DNA of 64,000 nt from Myxococcota bacterium (GTDB lineage: Bacteria; Myxococcota; Kuafuiibacteriia; Kuafuiibacteriales; Kuafuiibacteriaceae): NCBI GenBank assembly GCA_039024635.1, contig JBCCQA010000003.1, positions 62,241-126,240 on the forward strand. Reading direction: 5' to 3'. The translations under genes and the position numbers were made by a program. The notes under the pieces are model-generated. The model had not been told where the DNA came from. It did not search any database and saw only the letters and a list, made by a program, of their open reading frames with translations. The stretch's first letter is position 1. Every line of letters starts with the position of its first letter. Below, one piece after another: positions 22,080 through 31,992 of this stretch.

Positions 22080-22520
22080 TCAAGGAAGGCCTTCGGTGGG
22101 ACCGTCTCGGACCCGGATGCCGTACCGGGTCCGTATGGGCTGGTCATGCGGAGAGACCACTTCCGTCTCCAGCCGCAGCCGCGCCGGGCCCCGGGCGTCG
22201 AGATCCAGGAGCCAGTCGAGGTAGTGGGCCGCGCCCTCGACCCGGCGCTCGTGGACCAACCTCGGAGGGCCTTGGTCGGGGATGAGCCGAACACGCAGGA
22301 TCCGGGGGCCCAGCCCAGCCGGCACCCATCGGAAGGCCAGTTTCTGGGGGCGGACCAGCTGGTGGAGCTCCCGTGGACGGAGCTGGAAAGGACCATCCGG
22401 CCCCTGGGCATAGACTTCTATGCTGCCGGGCAAACCCGAGGCCGGCGGTCGCTCTGCGCAGCCGGCGAGCATCGACAAAGCTGCGATCTGGGCGCCGACC
22501 CTCAGCCAGACTTCGAACAT
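22080..22520 (-). CDS. Hypothetical lipoprotein
   Basis: Lipobox-like MLAGC; occupies the gap directly upstream of the ABC exporter. Confidence 0.6.
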   Translation of the reverse strand: MFEVWLRVGAQIAALSMLAGCAERPPASGLPGSIEVYAQGPDGPFQLRPRELHQLVRPQKLAFRWVPAGLGPRILRVRLIPDQGPPRLVHERRVEGAAHYLDWLLDLDARGPARLRLETEVVSPHDQPIRTRYGIRVRDGPTEGLP

Positions 22521-22655
22521 CTATGAGCGCCTCTGAGCTTGTCCGCTCCGGGGTCGGGACTCGCGCCCATCCCCCATTCGACGTCGCCGATTCACGACGT
22601 CATACTCGCCCCATGTTCGCACGGGACCCGTCTTTGGTGTCCTGGGGTTTGCACC

Positions 22656-24671
22656 ATGTCCCTCGATGTCCAGAGCGCCCTTCTCGGAACGATGGTGACC
22701 ATCGCGGTCATGGCCGGCGTGCTCTTGCGCCGGCGAGGTCGTCGAACCGATCGGCTCTTCGCATACCTGTGCGTCAACCTCATCGCGTGGCTGGTCCCCG
22801 AAGCGCTTCGTAGGCTGACGGGAGCCGGTGCCGCCGAACGCCTGGCTCTGGCCGCCGGCCTCCTGCTCCCGCTCGCCCTCGTCCGGCTCTTTGTCGAACT
22901 CATTCCGGGGACGGCGCTCCGGGGACGAAGGCTTCGAGCCGCGCTGTATCCCACGAGCCTCGTGCTCGTGCTCGTCGCCCTCAGCCCGCTGGGGGAGGTT
23001 CCCGGAGTTCGTATAGCTGCGGGCGCCTTCGCGGCGCTGAGCGTGCTCTGGGCAACCTGGGTCCTGATGCAGGGCTCGAACAGTGACGCCAAAGTCGACA
23101 TGACCCGCCGGCGCTACGTCGCTTTCGGCGCTGCCGGTGTCGCGGTCTTGATCGGCCTCACCGAGCTCGCAGGTGCAGCGGCGGTCGGACATCTAGCTGT
23201 GATGGTCTACGTCTTCTTCCTTTCGCAAGTCATCCTGCGAGAGCGGCTGCTCGACCTCAACGAGTTGCTGGGCCGAATGGCCGTCCTGGGGATTCTCGTT
23301 GTTCTCTTCGCATCGGTGAGCGCCTTGCTGGTCAGCATTGGTAGTGGTCCGGCCAGCCGACTCTTCAACGCCACGGTTGCCATCGTCGTTCTTCTCACGG
23401 TCTACGAGCCACTCAAGGACCGACTGGAGCGGAAGATGGCCGAGCTCTTCTTCCGCGAGCGAGACCGCTTCGCCCACTCCATCGACGGTCTTCGTCAGCG
23501 CCTGCAGCAGCTTCCGCTCGAGCCTCGGACCATGAGCCGAACCATGGTGGACGCCCTCTACGCGAGCCGACGAGCCACCCATGTCGCCGTCTACTTGGTC
23601 GACGGGGGCGGACAGAGTTTCAGTCTCGCCGCCTACCAAGGGCCAGAGCCCGCGCCTCGGGTCAGCGCCGGTGCACTCGGCGACCTGTTCCAAGCGATCC
23701 ACGAGACCTTCAACCCTTTACTGACGGACCGCCTCCCAGGAGAGGCGGACGAGGACCAGCTCCTGGAGTCCATGCAGTCGGTGAGCGCGGACGCGCTTTT
23801 TCCTTTCTGGTCTCAGGACGAGGTCCTGGGTTTCATGACCCTCCGGGACGACCGTTCACCCGAACCCTTCTCGACCGCGGAGATCGAGCGCCTTCAGCGA
23901 CTCGCCGAGACTGCGGCCACGCTAGTCTGGAACTCTCAGCTATCGGCCCGGGTCCGAGAGCGGGAACGCCTGGCCGCCATCGGCGCCATGGCAGCCGGCT
24001 TGGCCCACGAGATCAGGAATCCCCTTGGCGCCATCAAGGGCGCGGCAGAATACCTGGACCCGGCGCGCTTCCCCGACCCCCATGAGGCCGAGTTCCTTCA
24101 GGTCATCATCGAAGAGACGGACCGACTGAACGGGGTCGTGAGCCAGTTCCTCGACTACGCGCGACCGTTCCAGCCGGTCCTCCAGGACACTGAGCTCAAC
24201 GAGATAGTGCGTCGAACCCTTCGGCTAGTCGAGGTGGAGACCCGAGGTCGAACACCCATCCAAGCCGAGCTGGAGGACGCACTCCCGGTCATTCGGGCAG
24301 ACCCGGCCCAACTCAAGCAAGTCCTCCTCAACCTGGTCCTCAATGCGGTCGATGCCACCAGAGAAGGCCAGCCCATTCACGTGCGAACCTCGAGGATGGG
24401 GGACCGAGTGCGACTTCAGGTCCGAGACGAAGGTCGAGGGATTCCGCCAGCCGAGTTGTCCCAGATCTTCATCCCCTTCTTCACGACCAAGCAAAGCGGC
24501 ACCGGCCTCGGACTCGCCGTCTGCCAGCGCATAGTATCGGCCCACGGGGGCGAGATCCAAGCCGCCTCCAACCCGGGCGAAGGCGCGAGCTTCACCATCA
24601 CGCTCCCGGTGGCGGGGCCGGAATCGACCCCTCGAGAGCGAGAGCCTGACATGCGAGTAGCGAGTAGCTGA
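22656..24671 (+). CDS. Multi-TM sensor histidine kinase with GAF-like domain (no adjacent response regulator)
   Basis: About 9 N-terminal TMs; GAF-like region; LAHEIRNPLGAIKG, NLVLNAVDA, DEGRGI and FFTTKQSGTGLGL motifs. Confidence 0.93.
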   Translation: MSLDVQSALLGTMVTIAVMAGVLLRRRGRRTDRLFAYLCVNLIAWLVPEALRRLTGAGAAERLALAAGLLLPLALVRLFVELIPGTALRGRRLRAALYPTSLVLVLVALSPLGEVPGVRIAAGAFAALSVLWATWVLMQGSNSDAKVDMTRRRYVAFGAAGVAVLIGLTELAGAAAVGHLAVMVYVFFLSQVILRERLLDLNELLGRMAVLGILVVLFASVSALLVSIGSGPASRLFNATVAIVVLLTVYEPLKDRLERKMAELFFRERDRFAHSIDGLRQRLQQLPLEPRTMSRTMVDALYASRRATHVAVYLVDGGGQSFSLAAYQGPEPAPRVSAGALGDLFQAIHETFNPLLTDRLPGEADEDQLLESMQSVSADALFPFWSQDEVLGFMTLRDDRSPEPFSTAEIERLQRLAETAATLVWNSQLSARVRERERLAAIGAMAAGLAHEIRNPLGAIKGAAEYLDPARFPDPHEAEFLQVIIEETDRLNGVVSQFLDYARPFQPVLQDTELNEIVRRTLRLVEVETRGRTPIQAELEDALPVIRADPAQLKQVLLNLVLNAVDATREGQPIHVRTSRMGDRVRLQVRDEGRGIPPAELSQIFIPFFTTKQSGTGLGLAVCQRIVSAHGGEIQAASNPGEGASFTITLPVAGPESTPREREPDMRVASS

Positions 24672-24700
24672 AGTCCGGTCAGACAGTTTCGCCTGCAGAT

Positions 24701-27700
24701 CTAGACGACAGGGATGCAGCGACAGGCGACGGCGTCGCAGGTCTCGTTGGCGCCGCAGCCCCCACAATCATCGGGGCAGACACAACCGCAGCCAGCGGCC
24801 GGATCACACACTTCGTTGTTCTGACACCCTGCATCACAGTTGGCGGGGCATTCGCAAGCGCAATTGTCTTCGTTGCAGGTGGCTCCGTCCACACAGCCTC
24901 CACAGTCGTCGGGGCACACGCAAGCGCAGTCAGCGCTGGGGTCACACACCGCGTTCCCCGAGCAGGCGTCGTTGCAGTCCTGGTCGCAGACGCACTCGCA
25001 CAAAGAGCTGTTGCAGCTCGTATTGCCGCTACACGCACCACCGCAGTCGGCCGGGCACTCGCAGGCACAGCTGGCGTCGTTACAGACAGTCAAAGAGCCC
25101 GCGCAAGCGCCGCCGCAGTCGTCGCACAAGCAGGAGCAGCTGTCGGCGTCGCAGCTCGTCCCGGTTCCGCATGCGCCGCCGCAGCTAGCGTCGCACTCGC
25201 AAGCACAGGCCGTAGGGTTGCAAGTCTCGCCCGGACCGCAATTCCCATTGCAGTCAGTCGTGCAGGCGCAATTGCAATCGGCATCGCAAACCTGATTCGG
25301 CCCGCAGAGACCGCAGACGGCGGCATCGCAGACGCACACGCCCAAGTCTTCGTCGCAAGTCTGGTTGAGGGCGCAGTCCTGACCGCAGGCCGAGACGGCA
25401 GGGGCCCAGTTTCGATAGCTGATGACGACGATGTCGTCGGGGTTGGGACGGAAAGAAAAGCCTCGGAAGAAGATCGAGTTGCTCGCCGCATCGTAGTCGA
25501 AGCCGTCATCCCGGTCGCGCGGGATGATGTCGACCATCCCCGTGCCGCCCTGTCCAAGTCGAATCACGCCCACGCGAATCGTGCTCGAGATCGGGTCGCC
25601 CGTGAGCTGGTACTGAGAGGCTGCGCCGGCCACGGCGTCCACGATGGACTGCAAAGCCGGGCCAGGATTGGAGCTGCAAGGGGTGTAGAAGGCACCACCG
25701 GTTGCATTGACCACCTCGGTGTACCCAAGCCCGGGTTCGTTCCGTCCGCCGCTGCAGGCATAGCCGTTACACGACGTGGCCATGGCCTGGGGCAAGATAA
25801 CCTGGGCGAAAGCGGTCCCGTTGTTGGCGTCCAACTGGTCGATGTAGGGCTGGACGATCGAATCGATGCAGGCCTGCTGATTGGAGTCCGGAACGACCTC
25901 GCACACCGAGTTGTCGTTGGTCGTGTAGACGTCCTCGATACCGGTGTCGCAAACCGGGTCGTAGCCAAAGCAGCGCGAGCCGTCGTCGGTGATTTCCTCC
26001 GCGTACTCGTCGGTGATGTAAACGACAGCCAAAGCCGACCCATCTCTGAGCTTCAGCGGGTCGACGACACCGGGCGCGCTGCGAGGCAGCGCGCCGTCGA
26101 TGGCGTTCGATGCCGCCTCCAGTCCGAATTCGCAACCGTCAGCCCCCGAAGTGTCTTGGAGGTACTGGGCGAAGAGCGTGGGATTGGTCGTGAAGCCCAC
26201 GCCCCGGAAGTCACCCCCGTTGTTGGGGAACTTGAAGTCGTTCTCGGTGTGGGGAACGACGGCGAGCCGGAAGTCGACGTTGTTCGTCGTGAGCTCGTTC
26301 ACGATGAGGTTGGCGGCATTCACGATTCGACCTCGGTCGTCGTTGGTGGAGCCCGAGATGTCCGCCATCCAGATGAAGTCCGCCACCGAAGCATCCTCGG
26401 CAAGGAAGGGGTCACAGTCTTTCCCACGGGGGGCGCCCCGCTCGGCCAGCGCCGTCCCGTTCACGAGATCGTTGATGGCGATGGCCCGATTGTCGCTCCG
26501 ATCGTCGAAGACATCGAGATCCAGGAAGGCGCCGAGAACGATGACCTCATCGCTTCGAACCAGGAGCTGCTGAGCGTAGACGAAGTCGTCGGCCACCGCA
26601 GCGGCAAAACTGGGCAAGGTTCCGAAGTCGGCGGCTTCAAGCCCGCTCACGAGTCGAATCAAGCGGTTGCGGACCTCGGCCGGCGTCTCGGTCCCCCCAT
26701 CGACCTCGACCTCGTACAAGGCCGACACCACGGTGGAGAATCCGTCGTGGGACACGATGTTTCGCCCACTGACTCGAGCGCTGCGAATGAGGCCTTCGGC
26801 GGAAATGCCGGTGCTGACCCGGGCGTCCAGGGCGGCCGATTGTCCCGAGCCGGTCGCCGGCGCGCCGGCCAAAAGAGGCATCCGCAAGACGAAGCCCGCC
26901 ACTTCGTCGGTGGAGTCATCGAGGGCCGATACAGCCACGCTGCTGTTGGTGGCGAGGACAGTCACAGGGCTGACGGTCACTCGGGTTTCGGTGCTCAAGG
27001 TCCAGGTCTGGTCCTCGTCGAAGGCCACCACCTTCAGGTTGGCGTCGGCGCAGATCTGCAGGATGCCCGGGATTCGGTCGGCCTCGGGGCTCGCAGCATC
27101 GGTGGGGTCGAAGCCAGCCAAGACCTCGTCGCCGTCGTCGAGCCCATCGCCGTCCGAGTCTTCGTTGTTGGGGTCGCTCTCACCATCGTCGACTCGGCCG
27201 TTGGCGTTGACGTCCTCTTCGCCGTCCGTGAGTCCGTCCCCATCACTGTCCGCCACCGTGGGATCGGTCGTGGTCGTGGGATCGAGGTCGACGGGAATAC
27301 CGGTCGGACAGTTGCTCCCTGGGAGCACCATGGTCAGGCCGAGTTCCAGACCATCGGACAGGCCGTCACCGTCGCTGTCGGCCCTGAGCGGACTGGTCCC
27401 ACTCATGAGCTCATCTCCATCGGAGATCCCGTCGCAGTCGGTATCGGTGCTGGTGGGGTCAGTTTCGAAGGGTTCTCGGAGTCCGTTCAGGTTGCCGTCT
27501 TCTTCGCCGTCGAGCAGCCCATCGCCATCTGTATCTGCTCGGCGAGGATCGGTCTCGCCCGCGTCGAAGACGCCGTCACGGTTTCGATCTTCGACACCGT
27601 CGGCCAGGCCATCGCCGTCGCTGTCTCGGTTGGTGCCGTCGAGTTCACCCGGATCCAGGAGCCCATTTCGATTGGCATCCTCGATGCCATCTTCCAGACC

Positions 27701-28291
27701 GTCGCCGTCGGAGTCTATCAGCCGAGGATCCAGCTCGTCGTCTTCTCGCGCGCCGTTGGCATTGCGGTCCTCGGCCCCATCTGAGATCCCGTCACCATCA
27801 CTGTCGACCTCGACCGGACTGGTGGTGGTCGTTGGATCGACGTCGCCCTGGAAGGGCGGGCAGCCCGAGCCTGGGATGCCCATGGTGCGGCCGAGCTCCA
27901 CCCCGTCGGGGATGCCGTCACCGTCGCTGTCGGGGTTCTCTGGATCGGTCCGCTGACCGTTGGGGAAGATGCGGCCGAACTCTTCCGCGTCGCTCAGACC
28001 GTCGCAGTCCTGATCCCTTAGGTCGTTGTCTTCTGCGAAGGGGTCCGCGCCCATGTCGACGCCCATGTCTCCGATGTCCGCGCCGAGATCGCTTCCTCCA
28101 TCGCTCCCTCCGCCGTCAGGCCCCCCCGGGCCACCGTCGCGCTCAGGGTCGGCTTGACCGAGGTCGCGCTCGATGCGGCCTCCGTCCGAGCTACCGAAGG
28201 GCTGTCCGCCTCCGACTGGGTCGGCGTCGTCGCAGGCGACGGCTGCCGCAAAGAGCGACGCGAGCAAGATTGATTGACGGTGCATGCCCAT
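24701..28291 (-). CDS. cglD: CglD-like gliding-motility lipoprotein: TSP3-like Ca-binding repeats + vWA + Cys-rich tail
   Basis: Lipobox AVAC; many D-S/T-DGDG-x-x-DG-x-E repeats; vWA MIDAS DISGS; C-terminal Cys repeats; architecture matches myxobacterial CglD. Confidence 0.8.
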   Translation of the reverse strand: MGMHRQSILLASLFAAAVACDDADPVGGGQPFGSSDGGRIERDLGQADPERDGGPGGPDGGGSDGGSDLGADIGDMGVDMGADPFAEDNDLRDQDCDGLSDAEEFGRIFPNGQRTDPENPDSDGDGIPDGVELGRTMGIPGSGCPPFQGDVDPTTTTSPVEVDSDGDGISDGAEDRNANGAREDDELDPRLIDSDGDGLEDGIEDANRNGLLDPGELDGTNRDSDGDGLADGVEDRNRDGVFDAGETDPRRADTDGDGLLDGEEDGNLNGLREPFETDPTSTDTDCDGISDGDELMSGTSPLRADSDGDGLSDGLELGLTMVLPGSNCPTGIPVDLDPTTTTDPTVADSDGDGLTDGEEDVNANGRVDDGESDPNNEDSDGDGLDDGDEVLAGFDPTDAASPEADRIPGILQICADANLKVVAFDEDQTWTLSTETRVTVSPVTVLATNSSVAVSALDDSTDEVAGFVLRMPLLAGAPATGSGQSAALDARVSTGISAEGLIRSARVSGRNIVSHDGFSTVVSALYEVEVDGGTETPAEVRNRLIRLVSGLEAADFGTLPSFAAAVADDFVYAQQLLVRSDEVIVLGAFLDLDVFDDRSDNRAIAINDLVNGTALAERGAPRGKDCDPFLAEDASVADFIWMADISGSTNDDRGRIVNAANLIVNELTTNNVDFRLAVVPHTENDFKFPNNGGDFRGVGFTTNPTLFAQYLQDTSGADGCEFGLEAASNAIDGALPRSAPGVVDPLKLRDGSALAVVYITDEYAEEITDDGSRCFGYDPVCDTGIEDVYTTNDNSVCEVVPDSNQQACIDSIVQPYIDQLDANNGTAFAQVILPQAMATSCNGYACSGGRNEPGLGYTEVVNATGGAFYTPCSSNPGPALQSIVDAVAGAASQYQLTGDPISSTIRVGVIRLGQGGTGMVDIIPRDRDDGFDYDAASNSIFFRGFSFRPNPDDIVVISYRNWAPAVSACGQDCALNQTCDEDLGVCVCDAAVCGLCGPNQVCDADCNCACTTDCNGNCGPGETCNPTACACECDASCGGACGTGTSCDADSCSCLCDDCGGACAGSLTVCNDASCACECPADCGGACSGNTSCNSSLCECVCDQDCNDACSGNAVCDPSADCACVCPDDCGGCVDGATCNEDNCACECPANCDAGCQNNEVCDPAAGCGCVCPDDCGGCGANETCDAVACRCIPVV
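24713..25388 (-). repeat. About 10 tandem 22-24 aa Cys-rich repeats (C-x2/3-C-x5-C-x4-CxCxC)
   Basis: Examples: TTDCNGNCGPGETCNPTACACEC, PADCGGACSGNTSCNSSLCECVC, PDDCGGCVDGATCNEDNCACEC. Confidence 0.9.
27125..28015 (-). repeat. Thrombospondin type 3-like calcium-binding repeats
   Basis: Recurrent DSDGDGLxDGxEDxNxNGxxDxGExDP units in the translated protein. Confidence 0.88.
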
Positions 28292-28372
28292 GTTCGGTGT
28301 ACCACTGAGGATCCCTCCGATCCAAATCGGCACAGGCCTCCACCCTCTCCATCGGTCGGGACGGACCAACCA

Positions 28373-29338
28373 TCAGTCCGAAAGCGCACGTCGCGCACGC
28401 GCCCGCTGGGCCGGTGTCCCGAGCTCGACCAGCTGCCGCAGCCGACGCTCGGCCAATGCGGACTGACCTTCGGCCTGGAGCAAGCCTACCTCCGCCCACA
28501 TCCACTCAGCCCGATCGACCTCGCTCCTCACAAGACCTCGGGCGTCCACGAGCAGTGAGCGACGCTCGGCGGGAGGCTGGGATGCAAGCCGGAGCAACGC
28601 CGCACGAAGCCGAGCGTTGGGTGTGAGGGACGGGTCCGGCGGACGCGGTGCCGCCGCACCACCGCTCGAAGGCGCGGCTTCGAGCGCTGCCCCCGAGCCC
28701 AAGCCGCCGACCTCTAGATCAGCCTTCGTCTCCCCATCTTCCTCCGCCCGGCCTTCGAACCGATCCGTCCGCCGAACTTCGCGCCCCAGGACCGACCTCT
28801 TGGCCGCCTGTTTGGCCGCCTGGCGCCCACCGGACTCGAGGCGCTCCGGGGACGGTCGACGCGAAGCGGGACCCGACTGGGCCTCCCTCTTGGGCGAAGG
28901 GGCCGCCGGGGGCGCGACCTTCGGCGCCTGGTCCTTGGCCAAAGCCCGGGCCGCCTTCTTCGCGGCTCGGGTTCGGTCTTCGTCCGCCCTGGCCGGAGCG
29001 TCGCGCACCTCTTCGGCCGGCGGGGCGGACAGGACTTCGACCGCCGGGGGCGGTTCGGGCTCGGCCATGACCGGCGCCTCCGCAGGGGCTCGAGGAGTCG
29101 GGGGGCCCTCGGAAAGGGCGCCTGGGTCGCTCCCGCCCGCGACGTAGAGCGCAAGACCAGCCACCGCAAAGCCCGCCGTCGACCAGCCCAACCAGCCGAG
29201 GCGTCGGGTCCGCCCCATGCTTCGAGCTCGGGCCGCCAGGCGGGTCTCTAGGCCCGGAGGCGGCGCCTCCTCGTCGGCCATCTCGGACCACAGGGCCCGA
29301 ACGAGCCGATCGCCTTCGTCTTCGCTCACGGGGTCCAC
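28373..29338 (-). CDS. Putative anti-sigma factor (single TM, low-complexity extracytoplasmic part, TPR-like end)
   Basis: Overlaps the stop of the ECF sigma gene; N-terminal PPPGLETRLAARAR, then a TM and a Pro/Ala-rich region. Confidence 0.7.
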   Translation of the reverse strand: MDPVSEDEGDRLVRALWSEMADEEAPPPGLETRLAARARSMGRTRRLGWLGWSTAGFAVAGLALYVAGGSDPGALSEGPPTPRAPAEAPVMAEPEPPPAVEVLSAPPAEEVRDAPARADEDRTRAAKKAARALAKDQAPKVAPPAAPSPKREAQSGPASRRPSPERLESGGRQAAKQAAKRSVLGREVRRTDRFEGRAEEDGETKADLEVGGLGSGAALEAAPSSGGAAAPRPPDPSLTPNARLRAALLRLASQPPAERRSLLVDARGLVRSEVDRAEWMWAEVGLLQAEGQSALAERRLRQLVELGTPAQRARARRALSD

Positions 29339-29895
29339 CCCGCATCGATGAGGGCGCTCTTCAAGGCCTGGAGCGCGTAGCGCATTCGACTCTTCACCGT
29401 GTTCTCCGAGGCCCCCGTGACCTCGGCGATCTCTTTGAACGACAGACCCGCTTCCTCACGCAACAAGAAGACCTCCCGCTGGGCTTCGGGGAGCTGATCC
29501 ACCGCCGCGCTGAGGGCAATCCGGAGACGCTTCCGGTCCAGGCTGCGCTCGGCGCCCGCTTCCCCAGGATCGACGGACCACTTCTCGTTCGACGTTTGAT
29601 CAAGGCTTTCGGTCTGTCGGTGCTTTCGCTTGCGCGCGTCGTCGATGCATACGTTTCGCGCGATGGTGAAGAGCCAGGTGCGAAATCGGGCCCGCCCGTC
29701 GAACCCTCGGATCCCCCGCATCATGCGCAGCATGGCGTCCTGGGCCAAGTCGGCCGCGCGGACGGGGCCCGCGGTGCGTGCGCAGTACCGATGGACCGCA
29801 GCCAAGTGACGGCGGGTCAGGCCTTCGAGGGCATCCCCATCTCCGGCCTGGGCCCGGCGAACGAGGGCCCGCTCGTCCTCGAGATCATCGCTCAC
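29326..29895 (-). CDS. ECF (sigma-70 family, group 4) RNA polymerase sigma factor
   Basis: DLAQDAMLR, FRTWLFTIARN, LPEAQREVFLLR and SFKEIAEVTGASENTVKSRMRYA motifs; GTGA overlap with the upstream gene. Confidence 0.95.
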   Translation of the reverse strand: MSDDLEDERALVRRAQAGDGDALEGLTRRHLAAVHRYCARTAGPVRAADLAQDAMLRMMRGIRGFDGRARFRTWLFTIARNVCIDDARKRKHRQTESLDQTSNEKWSVDPGEAGAERSLDRKRLRIALSAAVDQLPEAQREVFLLREEAGLSFKEIAEVTGASENTVKSRMRYALQALKSALIDAGWTP

Positions 29896-30605
29896 ACCCG
29901 TCTCCAGGCCCGGGCGGCCCGGAGCCAGGCAGCTCCAACCGGATGCCGAGGGTTGTCCAAATCCATGCTCTCGACCCGCCGCCCCCGCCACATGAGCTCG
30001 GCCCGACGGGTGAGGCGACGCAGGGGCCCGAGCTCGTGAGCAATGAGAAGGACGGCGAGGCCCTGGGCGAGTTCCCGACGGAGCGCCTCTTCCAAGACGG
30101 CCGAGGTGGACGCATCGACGGCCGAAAAAGGCTCGTCCAGCACGATCAAACGAGGATGGATGGCGAGGATTCGGGCAAGCGCAAGGCGCTGGCGCTGGCC
30201 GCCCGAAAGCCGCTCCACGCCGGCTTGGGCAAGCTCAGCCCCCAGATCGAGCTCGCGGAGTCGCCGCTCCATCTCCAAGGGGGCCGTTCGGGCGCCAAGC
30301 GACCAGGCTTCCTCCAGGAGGCCCCCCGCCGTCATGGCCGGGTCCAAGGCATCGGCCGCCGACTGGTGGACGTAGGCGCAGAGGTGACGTGGCCGAATGG
30401 GCCACTCCACCGGCTGCCCATCCCAAATGATCCGACCCGAGCTGGGTTGCTGAAGCCCACCCAAGACCCGGCCCAAAGTCGTCTTGCCTGCACCGCTGGG
30501 CCCGATGAGCCCGCGCACCTCCCCCGCCGCCAGCTCCAGGTCTACGCCGTCGAGGATCTTCATTTTCCCCACGCGGACACCAATTTCTCGAAGGGCGAGC
30601 AGCAT
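29892..30605 (-). CDS. ABC transporter ATP-binding protein (no cognate permease nearby)
   Basis: GPSGAGKT, LSGGQRQR, IVLDEPFSAVD and IAHE motifs. Confidence 0.88.
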   Translation of the reverse strand: MLLALREIGVRVGKMKILDGVDLELAAGEVRGLIGPSGAGKTTLGRVLGGLQQPSSGRIIWDGQPVEWPIRPRHLCAYVHQSAADALDPAMTAGGLLEEAWSLGARTAPLEMERRLRELDLGAELAQAGVERLSGGQRQRLALARILAIHPRLIVLDEPFSAVDASTSAVLEEALRRELAQGLAVLLIAHELGPLRRLTRRAELMWRGRRVESMDLDNPRHPVGAAWLRAARAWRRV

Positions 30606-31267
30606 TAGTCGCGCTTGAGCAACTCCAGATACTCTTCGCGCGAGAAGGCGCCCCGCTCGATGAGGACGTCGACCAAGACTCGAAGAGCGCGAGCCTGCTG
30701 GTGCTGGGTTCGCAATACATGTTGCAAACGCTCCCTCGGATTCACGAGGTCGACCGAAGGATCAATTTGGGGCCCGCCCAGTTCGCTCTCCAGATCCAGC
30801 TCTCGAGCACCGGACTCGGGGACGACGTCGCTGGACGCGAACTCGAGTCGATCGATCGCCTCCTGAATGGCGTTCTCGCCACCGACCGAAGGAAGGACGT
30901 CGCAGCCGGTCTGAGTTCGAACGAGATCGAGAACCTCACTCTGGGTGGGGTCCACCATGGCCAAGCGAAGCAAGCGCGACTGCTCGTCGTAGGACTCGGG
31001 AATCACGCCGTGGCTGCGCATGAGAGGCAGACCGATCTGGTGCACGACGTCAGCCGGCGCAAAGGCCTGTTCGAGAAGGGCCGGTCGCACGCCCATCGTT
31101 TGAGCGATGGACTGGACCAACAGCTCTTCTGGGATTTGAAGACGCTCGACCAGTACATGGGTCATGCGCCCACCGGATCGCTGCTGCTCCTCGACCGCCC
31201 GCTCCAGCTGGGAGGCGGAGATGGCACCCGAGCGCACCAGCAGATCACCCAATCGCGAGGCCTGCAT
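30605..31267 (-). CDS. Stand-alone MshEN/GspE N-terminal domain protein (putative c-di-GMP receptor)
   Basis: RLGDLLVRSGAISASQLERAVEEQ first MshEN motif, degenerate second motif, LAMVDP and C-terminal LIERGAFSREEY; no ATPase domain; alternative GTG start at 31276. Confidence 0.85.
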   Translation of the reverse strand: MQASRLGDLLVRSGAISASQLERAVEEQQRSGGRMTHVLVERLQIPEELLVQSIAQTMGVRPALLEQAFAPADVVHQIGLPLMRSHGVIPESYDEQSRLLRLAMVDPTQSEVLDLVRTQTGCDVLPSVGGENAIQEAIDRLEFASSDVVPESGARELDLESELGGPQIDPSVDLVNPRERLQHVLRTQHQQARALRVLVDVLIERGAFSREEYLELLKRD

Positions 31268-31278
31268 ACCCACCACAG

Positions 31279-31992
31279 TTAGCCGTCCAAGGACTCAGGG
31301 ACCACCCCTGGCGGCGGGGAGAGCCGGAACAGCTCGGGCGTCGGCGCGCCTCCGAAGCTCGGGTCGCGCAGACGAATTCGGAGCCTTCCGCGCTCGCTTC
31401 GCACCTTCATGCCACGGGGATGGGCCGCTTCGAAGTCACTGAAGCGTGCGTCCACGTCGGCATCCAAGAAGCGAATGCGGAGAATGCGCCGTCCATCCTC
31501 AGCGACCCACACGTCGACGATATGGGGACCATTGCGCATACGCGCGCGCCATGCCCGGGGATCGCGGCTGGGCTCGACCGCTTCGATCCGCCACCCTTCG
31601 CCTGGCGCCCCACCGAGGATCAGCGCCACCAAGTCCTCAGGCGACAGGGGCACGGGCAGGACTTCCGCCACCCGTTCGGGAGTAGCGGGCCCGGTGCGGA
31701 AACGGTCGGGGGTGAGTCGCCAGAGGGTCTGGCCATCGCTCACGACGACCTCCAACGGTTCCTCGAAGGGCGACAGCACTTCGATTCGAAAGCGATTCGG
31801 CCGTTCCACCACGAGGATTCCTCGAAATCGGGCGCGGTCCTCACCAAACCACTCGATATCCGCTTCGGTCGCCAGTCTATCGGCGGCCTGGAGCTCACGG
31901 AACAGCGCCTCCGGGGTGGGGGGAGGCCCCGGAGGCGGCCGCTGCCCGGCGCAAGCGACCCCCACGAATAGGAGGGAGAGCAGCTTCTTCAT
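31279..31992 (-). CDS. Lipoprotein with LolA/LolB-like fold (DUF4292-like)
   Basis: MKKLLSLLFVGVAC lipobox; VERPNRFRIEVLSPF, VVSDG and LFRLSPPPG motifs. Confidence 0.75.
   Translation of the reverse strand: MKKLLSLLFVGVACAGQRPPPGPPPTPEALFRELQAADRLATEADIEWFGEDRARFRGILVVERPNRFRIEVLSPFEEPLEVVVSDGQTLWRLTPDRFRTGPATPERVAEVLPVPLSPEDLVALILGGAPGEGWRIEAVEPSRDPRAWRARMRNGPHIVDVWVAEDGRRILRIRFLDADVDARFSDFEAAHPRGMKVRSERGRLRIRLRDPSFGGAPTPELFRLSPPPGVVPESLDG

Noticed and set aside
26100-27956. Long plus-strand ORFs (542 aa, 429 aa) opposite the cglD-like gene
   Set aside because: Antisense shadows caused by high-GC codon bias and repeats; no recognisable motifs. The same applies to 13412..15019, 31409..33079 and 40352..41686
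30605-31267. GspE/PilB secretion ATPase call for the MshEN proteins
   Set aside because: No Walker A/B motifs; only the N-terminal domains are present (also true for 59284..61596)
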